Shown piece after piece: positions 58,287-64,000 of a stretch of 64,000 nucleotides of DNA. The DNA comes from Bacteroidota bacterium (GTDB taxonomy: Bacteria; Bacteroidota; Ignavibacteria; UBA10030): NCBI GenBank assembly GCA_050013655.1, contig JBEKEV010000011.1, positions 13,703 to 77,702 on the forward strand, in the 5' to 3' direction. Position 1 is the first letter of the stretch. The number at the start of each line of letters is the position of its first letter. The notes below the pieces were generated by a model, which was not told where the DNA came from, did not search any database, and worked only from the letters and a program-made list of their open reading frames with translations. The position numbers were made by a program, and so were the translations under genes.

Positions 58287-61067
58287 ATGACAACTTTAAC
58301 ACGACATACCAGAACATTCATCCTCCTGTTGATTGTTGTTTATGCAGCATTCGGTGCAGATCTCACGGAAAAGCAAAGGTCAAAACTGCATCCATTGTTT
58401 CGATCTTTGATAACAAAATCGTCGCAGCCATTGTTAAAGACGTCAAGCAGGTCACATCGCATCGCATCAACAGTTTCCAGCGATGGCACTGTTCGTTATG
58501 GTGCCATTGTGTACACTCGCAATGTTGAAGAGATTCGCTCAATGGGAATACATGTCAATTCTGTTCTTCCGGAATTTGTCACGGCACAGCTCACTCCATC
58601 GGATATGGTAAGGCTCGCCGATCTTGAAAGCGTGAAGTTCCTTGATCCCGGCAAAGTGCATCATCCACTTCTTGATGTCAGTGTTCCCGAAACCGGCGCA
58701 GCACTGGTACATTCAGGATTCATCAACAATACACCGTATAAAGGAAAAGGTGCTATTGTTCTTATTTTTGATACGGGAATCGATTGGAAGCATTTTGATT
58801 TTCGCAATCCAACAGATACAACCAAGTCGCGCATACTTTTTATTTGGGATCAAACTCTCACTGCGGGTGTTGACGGATCCGCACCTTCTGGTTTCTCCTA
58901 CGGTGTTGAGTACACACAAGCTCAAATCGAAAACGAACTCAAGGGCAATCCGCCAGGTGTTGTGCATGAAAAAGATATTATTGGGCACGGAACGCATGTG
59001 GCAAGCACCGCCGCTGGAAATGGTCAAGCGTTTAATAATAAATATGTCGGAATGGCACCAGAAGCAGATATCATCATCGTGAAAGGCGGAGATGGTACTT
59101 TCTCATCAGCCGGAGAGATGGATGGCTTGACATATGCACAAAATAAAGCAACAGCGCTCGGTGAACCGATCGTTGTCAATATGAGTCTCGGAGGACAAGA
59201 AGGCTCGCACGATGGAACAGATCCTGATGAAGTTGCAGTGGACAATTTTGTTAAGAAAGCCGGACGTGTGGTGTGTATTGCAGCAGGTAACGACGGATCG
59301 GACATGATACATGCCAATGGAACTGTCAGCAATGGATCATCAAGTGTAATCACAGTAAATGTGCCACAGGGGTATACACCAAATACTGGAACAGATAATG
59401 CTTTTTTCATTCTCGATATTTGGCTGCCCAACTCAAATGCAGTAAACATGACTCTTACATCACCAACGGGCGGCAATCCATACTCTACTCCTGCAAATTC
59501 GGAGTTAGATAGTGTGAACCGTCCAGAAGGCACAATAGACACATGGAACTATATTGAAGCTCAAAACAATCATCGTCACATACAGGTATGGATCCACGAT
59601 GCAGCTTCCCCAGTGCCTCAATCTGGACCATGGATCATTACACTGAGCACAACAGGCGCATTGACTACATACGACGCCTGGCTCGATAGCGAGCTGGGCG
59701 ATTTATCTGCAACCATCAATGGCGGCAATAACAATAAAACTGTTGCGATGCCTGGCACAGCAGATGGTGCAATTACAGTTGGTTCATATGTCACCAAATG
59801 GAATTGGACTGATTACACTGGAGGGAGTTGGTACTATGGCGATCCTGATAGAACAGGAAATATTTCGACATTCAGCAGTATCGGACCGACAGCGGATGGG
59901 AGGAATAAACCGGATATTGCAGCACCCGGCCAGGGAATTGTTGCTGCATTCTCCAGCACTGATATTGATGAATCGACATCAGACATTATTGTTAGCAATA
60001 AATATCTTCTTATGCAGGGTACCAGCATGGCAACTCCCCATGTGACGGGAGGTGTAGCATTGCTGCTCAGTGCAAAACCATCATTGACTATTGCGCAAAC
60101 AAAAAATTACTTGCTCTCGACAGCTCGAACTGATAATTTTACTACTTCTTCCGTCTGGAATGCAACATGGGGTAATGGAAAGATGGATATCTATAAAGCT
60201 ATGGCGGGTGCAGTCGGTGCATCGGGAGCAAACCGTGTAACACTTTCTTATAATAGTGACACAACAATTGGCTACACTCCGTTAACAAGCAGTGGCAACC
60301 AGAAACTTGCTATGCGTTTTACACCTACGATTAGCGGAAATCTTTCCAGCGTCGCAATAACGTTAAGCAGCGGAGCAACTGGAATCAAAGGAACTGGAAA
60401 TCTGAAAGTTACCGCAACCCAGAGTATTGCAGGAAGTGTCGCTGGCATCCCCGGCACACAGATTGGTAACAGCGTTCTCGTTCCATTCAGTTCATTGAGC
60501 CCCGGAGTGATCAATGTGATTGATCTTTCATCTGCTGGAGTTTTTGTAACTTCGGGAACAGATTTTCAGATTGTCTTGGAAACAACAACTAGTGGCGATA
60601 CTCTCCAACCTCTTCTGGATAATGGATCATTGAAAATTGTTCGTACTTCGTCGTACCGTAATGGTAACAATGGACTTGGCTGGTACAACAGGGCCGATCC
60701 TAATTATGGATCTGGTAAACAGCCGGACGACTTAAATCTTCTTATCGCAGCAGATATTGCAGTGCCAGTAACAGAAGTCGAACATATTACTACTGAATTG
60801 CCGACATCGTTTATGCTTAGGCAGAACTATCCCAATCCATTTAATCCGACAACAAAGATCGCATATACAATTCCCATCGCGAGCAAAGTTACGTTGAAGA
60901 TATTTAACCTGCTCGGACAACTCGTTGCGACATTGGTTGATGAACAACAGGAAGCAAATACCTACGTAAAGGAATTTGATGCTTCCCGCTTGGCTTCCGG
61001 AACCTATTTCTATCAAATCAATGCCGGGAACTTTAACTCCACAAAGAAAATGACTCTGATGAAATAA
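58287..61067 (+). CDS. Subtilisin-like serine protease (peptidase S8) with N-terminal propeptide and T9SS C-terminal sorting domain
   Basis: Catalytic triad blocks (IFDTGID, HGTHVASTAAGNG, GTSMATPHVTGG); C-terminus FMLRQNYPNPFNPTTKIAYTI...YFYQINAGNF is a Por tail. Confidence 0.9.
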   Translation: MTTLTRHTRTFILLLIVVYAAFGADLTEKQRSKLHPLFRSLITKSSQPLLKTSSRSHRIASTVSSDGTVRYGAIVYTRNVEEIRSMGIHVNSVLPEFVTAQLTPSDMVRLADLESVKFLDPGKVHHPLLDVSVPETGAALVHSGFINNTPYKGKGAIVLIFDTGIDWKHFDFRNPTDTTKSRILFIWDQTLTAGVDGSAPSGFSYGVEYTQAQIENELKGNPPGVVHEKDIIGHGTHVASTAAGNGQAFNNKYVGMAPEADIIIVKGGDGTFSSAGEMDGLTYAQNKATALGEPIVVNMSLGGQEGSHDGTDPDEVAVDNFVKKAGRVVCIAAGNDGSDMIHANGTVSNGSSSVITVNVPQGYTPNTGTDNAFFILDIWLPNSNAVNMTLTSPTGGNPYSTPANSELDSVNRPEGTIDTWNYIEAQNNHRHIQVWIHDAASPVPQSGPWIITLSTTGALTTYDAWLDSELGDLSATINGGNNNKTVAMPGTADGAITVGSYVTKWNWTDYTGGSWYYGDPDRTGNISTFSSIGPTADGRNKPDIAAPGQGIVAAFSSTDIDESTSDIIVSNKYLLMQGTSMATPHVTGGVALLLSAKPSLTIAQTKNYLLSTARTDNFTTSSVWNATWGNGKMDIYKAMAGAVGASGANRVTLSYNSDTTIGYTPLTSSGNQKLAMRFTPTISGNLSSVAITLSSGATGIKGTGNLKVTATQSIAGSVAGIPGTQIGNSVLVPFSSLSPGVINVIDLSSAGVFVTSGTDFQIVLETTTSGDTLQPLLDNGSLKIVRTSSYRNGNNGLGWYNRADPNYGSGKQPDDLNLLIAADIAVPVTEVEHITTELPTSFMLRQNYPNPFNPTTKIAYTIPIASKVTLKIFNLLGQLVATLVDEQQEANTYVKEFDASRLASGTYFYQINAGNFNSTKKMTLMK

Positions 61068-61089
61068 CAGGCGGTGTTGTTCATTCAAA

Positions 61090-61125
61090 CGAAAGCCCTC
61101 TCACAGAAATGCGTTAGGGCTTTCG
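61090..61125 (+). terminator. Rho-independent terminator after the S8 protease gene
   Basis: Perfect 10-bp stem CGAAAGCCCT/AGGGCTTTCG with a 16-nt loop, followed by a T-rich run (tgtttcat), 23 nt past the stop. Confidence 0.55.
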
Positions 61126-61403
61126 TGTTTCATCATGCATCAACATGCGCACATCTATTAAGAATGATGGAGACAGGAACCACTATACTAGAGTCTTCGT
61201 TCATAGAAAGAGCGAAGATATCGACAATCATCGGCTTATACGGAACAATTTATTCGAATGACGGAAATTTGAGTGTTATGGTAACTCACAGAAGTAATAA
61301 TTTAGTATATTTTCATGAAGCATCATGTGATGCTTATTGTATGAGAACATAACTCCAAACAAAGGAACGCTGTTTCGACAGAGAAATCACAACAGGCTGA
61401 AAA

Positions 61404-61874
61404 ATGCTCATATTGAAATTTTGGCGGGATACCTGTTCTCTGAAAATATTTTGTGTTTTCTTCATAATGGCGTTTTTTTGTATTCTCAATATTTCTTGTT
61501 CTTCAAGCAAGAAAGAAACCCGCAGCGAACAAAACAATACTGCGAGCGCGCCATTATCGCCAACGACACAAGAGAAAACGGCGATCAAAGACACCGTACC
61601 TTCAGTGGCATCTCTGGACTTTGCCTCGACCGTGAATGATACTGTAACCGGTGTACTGTACGTTACGGGCAACGAGCCGTTCACAAAACTTGGATTGCAG
61701 ACTCCGAACGGGACAATGTATATTTTAAAATGCACAAAAGAGATCGAATCAGATTTACGTACCATGCAAGGAAAGATTGTAAACGTTCACTATGATAGCA
61801 TGGAACAAATTCCAGAGGGACAAGCTCTGAAGGTTGTAAAGATTGAATATCTGCACCAACGTACAGTCAAATAA
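61404..61874 (+). CDS. Hypothetical small lipoprotein (the likely start is the internal Met before ...FFCILNISCSS)
   Basis: Lipobox-like NISCSS after a hydrophobic stretch; about 130-aa mature domain; no family recognised. Confidence 0.4.
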   Translation: MLILKFWRDTCSLKIFCVFFIMAFFCILNISCSSSKKETRSEQNNTASAPLSPTTQEKTAIKDTVPSVASLDFASTVNDTVTGVLYVTGNEPFTKLGLQTPNGTMYILKCTKEIESDLRTMQGKIVNVHYDSMEQIPEGQALKVVKIEYLHQRTVK

Positions 61875-61905
61875 TGATTATCTCACACAGAGTGGAAGAT
61901 ATCGT

Positions 61906-64000
61906 ATGCAGCATTATTTCGTTCGGCAATTCATAGTTTTTATTTTGGGTTTTCTAGTTTGCACAACGCTTCATGCACAGCCCTTGGAACAGATAGCGAT
62001 AGAGAAGAGCATGCCTCCTAAGAGCTATCCGATTCATGGATCAGATCTGCTCTGGAAACAGGAGCTTGAAGTACGAAAATTTGTGGCAGAACATCCAGAA
62101 GCTCTCAAATCGAACACATTACGCAAAACCGCATGGACATTCACAGTGGGCTCTACAAAATCATGGTACGCAGATAACTTGATTACCCATAACAACAGCG
62201 ACAGGTACCAAGTACCTTCGACATGCCGTGCTGTAGGCATCAACTGCTATATTTTTGTGGAAGATTCAAGCTGGAACACTCATGTAAATCAAGCAGCCGT
62301 TGATTCCATACGTATATATTTTGATTCCAAAACACCCGCGAATCCTTCCAAGGGTATTTTTGCTACCGATACTTCTGCCTTCGGTAATCCACCCGATGTC
62401 GATCACGATCCGAAGATCATAATTCTGCTCCTCAATATTAAAGACGGCTACAGCGGCAGCGGCGGTTTTGTCGAAGGGTACTTCTATTCATTCAATGAAG
62501 TTAATCCCTCGCAACCGGGATATAGCACAAGTAATTTTGCAGAAATGTTTTATATTGATACGAATCCGCTTAACCTTGCGACACCGGGAGGATTAGCATC
62601 CGGAATTTCGACACTCGCACATGAATTCCAACATATGATCCATTTTAACTATGCGTCACTCATCAACGGAAAATCTGGCGGAGATTTGACATTCATCGAT
62701 GAAGGTTGTTCGGTGCTCGCTGAAGTGAACTGCGGTTTCCCTATCTATAATCCAGTACTCTATGCAAACGAACCCAACCATTATCTCCTTGACTGGCGGC
62801 CTGATGATATGACCGCCGTCCTTAATGACTATTCCCGTGCTGCAAGGTTCTTTGTGTATATGCGGGATCAAGTTGGTATGAGTCTCTTTAAGAATATCGT
62901 CGCAAGTCCACTCTATGGCGTACCACAAATCGATGCAGGTTTCCAGGCAATCGCATCTAGTTTTCGGTTTGCTGACATCTTAAAGAATTGGTTTGTCGCC
63001 AACATCTTAGATGATAGATCGATCAATCCATTATATGGTTATATTTATCCAGGCCTTCCAAAATCGCATGGACGTTTATATTTCAATCCTACTGTTACAC
63101 TCACAACCGATACTGTACAGAATTATGCAGTTCAGTATCTTGACTTCAAGAGTGGTTCTCAACTGAGGACAACTATCACATGCAGCAATTCTGCTTTACT
63201 GGTGAAGGCAGTTGAGATCGGTCCTTCATCTAAAAGAGTTTTAGATGTAACCAATGGAGTAGAATTTTACGAACCTGAATTTGGAACTACCTATAGCGAA
63301 GTTCATTTTGTCATAATGAACACAAGTCCTAATACACAATACACCTATACATATGCAGCATCTGGAATTAGTAGTGGTGTTGTAGAATTAAAATACGACT
63401 TAACTGAACCAACCGGTTATCTGTCTGGTGCGATAGGCGATACGGTATGTGTATGGTTCAATGGTGTTACCGGTGGAAAACTTGATTCGGTACGAGTGGC
63501 ACTTCGAAGGGCTGGAATGATGACTGGCGGCGTTTGGACTTACACTGGAGTAGTACAGCCCTCACCGTTAGGCGCACCGCTTGCTGTACCGGTAACCGCA
63601 ACAGTTACTCAAACTCCAAGTTATCCATATCCCGTACCGTGGCCAAACTGGGGCACAATCGATTTACGAACAAAGAATATCGATGCGAGTAAAGCGTTTG
63701 CCGTTGCTTTTATTGATCAAGGCGATTATACCACACAACCACGTGTTATGATTACGGAATCCTCATTGCCAAGTGAGATTACCAGTCTTACATACTCTAA
63801 TGCTTCATCTTCACCAAACTGGTATTACCCCACTTCGAATGACGCTGGAGACTCTGTCTTTACTTATCTTATCCGGGCATATGTAAGTATTGATACATCG
63901 GGAGAAAAACAAAACATCGAATTGACTCCAGCCTCTTTCATATTAGCGCAAAACTATCCTAATCCGTTCAATCCTTCTACCACCATCAAGTTCCAAATAC
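61906..64000 (+). CDS. Secreted zinc metallopeptidase (HExxH; possibly M30/hyicolysin-like) with a T9SS C-terminal domain; the 3' end is truncated by the window edge
   Basis: Signal peptide MQHYFVRQFIVFILGFLVCTTLHAQ; zinc motif ISTLAHEFQHMIHFN plus a downstream DEGCS; the last residues ILAQNYPNPFNPSTTIKFQI begin a Por tail. The ATG at 61906 is in-frame with GGAAG upstream. Confidence 0.6.
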   Translation, partial: MQHYFVRQFIVFILGFLVCTTLHAQPLEQIAIEKSMPPKSYPIHGSDLLWKQELEVRKFVAEHPEALKSNTLRKTAWTFTVGSTKSWYADNLITHNNSDRYQVPSTCRAVGINCYIFVEDSSWNTHVNQAAVDSIRIYFDSKTPANPSKGIFATDTSAFGNPPDVDHDPKIIILLLNIKDGYSGSGGFVEGYFYSFNEVNPSQPGYSTSNFAEMFYIDTNPLNLATPGGLASGISTLAHEFQHMIHFNYASLINGKSGGDLTFIDEGCSVLAEVNCGFPIYNPVLYANEPNHYLLDWRPDDMTAVLNDYSRAARFFVYMRDQVGMSLFKNIVASPLYGVPQIDAGFQAIASSFRFADILKNWFVANILDDRSINPLYGYIYPGLPKSHGRLYFNPTVTLTTDTVQNYAVQYLDFKSGSQLRTTITCSNSALLVKAVEIGPSSKRVLDVTNGVEFYEPEFGTTYSEVHFVIMNTSPNTQYTYTYAASGISSGVVELKYDLTEPTGYLSGAIGDTVCVWFNGVTGGKLDSVRVALRRAGMMTGGVWTYTGVVQPSPLGAPLAVPVTATVTQTPSYPYPVPWPNWGTIDLRTKNIDASKAFAVAFIDQGDYTTQPRVMITESSLPSEITSLTYSNASSSPNWYYPTSNDAGDSVFTYLIRAYVSIDTSGEKQNIELTPASFILAQNYPNPFNPSTTIKFQI

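Noticed and set aside
3540-60850. Recurring about 30-nt nucleotide similarity at the 3' ends of several genes (…aactatcccaatccatttaatcc…)
   Set aside because: It reflects the conserved QNYPNPFNPST peptide of T9SS sorting domains. It is not a mobile element or a repeat family.
1-64000. Search for CRISPR arrays, tRNA and rRNA genes
   Set aside because: No regularly spaced short direct repeats and no cloverleaf-like or rRNA-like conserved stretches were seen in any intergenic region. All larger spacers are AT-rich promoter-type sequence.

Overview
This 64 kb window is a chromosomal region of moderate GC (about 40-43%) given over to carbohydrate use, with one short GC-rich segment. It appears to come from a bacterium of the Fibrobacteres-Chlorobi-Bacteroidetes group that uses Shine-Dalgarno sites. 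That placement is an inference from three features: Shine-Dalgarno motifs ahead of many starts, many proteins ending in the type IX secretion (T9SS) C-terminal sorting motif 'QNYPNPFNPST', and two SusC-like TonB-dependent receptors with no SusD partner.

Positions 1-49,800 are almost entirely minus-strand.
- (a) A cellulose/beta-glucan utilisation locus: GH94 cellobiose phosphorylase, a T9SS-secreted GH5 endoglucanase and GH3 beta-glucosidase, an SGNH/TPR protein, a Na+/solute symporter, a T9SS protein with a tandem-duplicated domain, four uncharacterised envelope proteins, and a 1073-aa TonB-dependent receptor. Upstream sits a module of orphan solute-binding protein, sensor kinase and sigma54-dependent response regulator, with a candidate sigma54 promoter and enhancer-like inverted repeat.
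- (b) A degenerate IS200-family tnpA remnant.
- (c) A galactose/galactoside locus: LacI-family regulator with two palindromic operators, SSS symporter, galK, galT, a truncated GH27 remnant, GH5, GH2, an aldo-keto reductase, GH3, a glycoside-pentoside-hexuronide (GPH) family symporter, a second GH94 plus a short GH94 N-terminal remnant, a fused HldC-like nucleotidyltransferase/GHMP-kinase gene, and a further SSS symporter. The last two each carry an apparent frameshift at a homopolymer.

Positions about 49,950-54,750 are plus-strand and much more GC-rich (about 55-60%), suggesting acquired DNA: a proline-rich secreted protein, an M28 peptidase, an ABC-2 exporter pair and a Gly/Arg-rich lipoprotein.

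The remainder of the plus strand encodes a second TonB-dependent receptor and a small protein paralogous to the propeptide of the adjacent T9SS-sorted S8 subtilase. It also holds an intrinsic terminator, a small lipoprotein, and a 3'-truncated HExxH metallopeptidase with a T9SS tail.

No rRNA, tRNA or CRISPR array was recognised.
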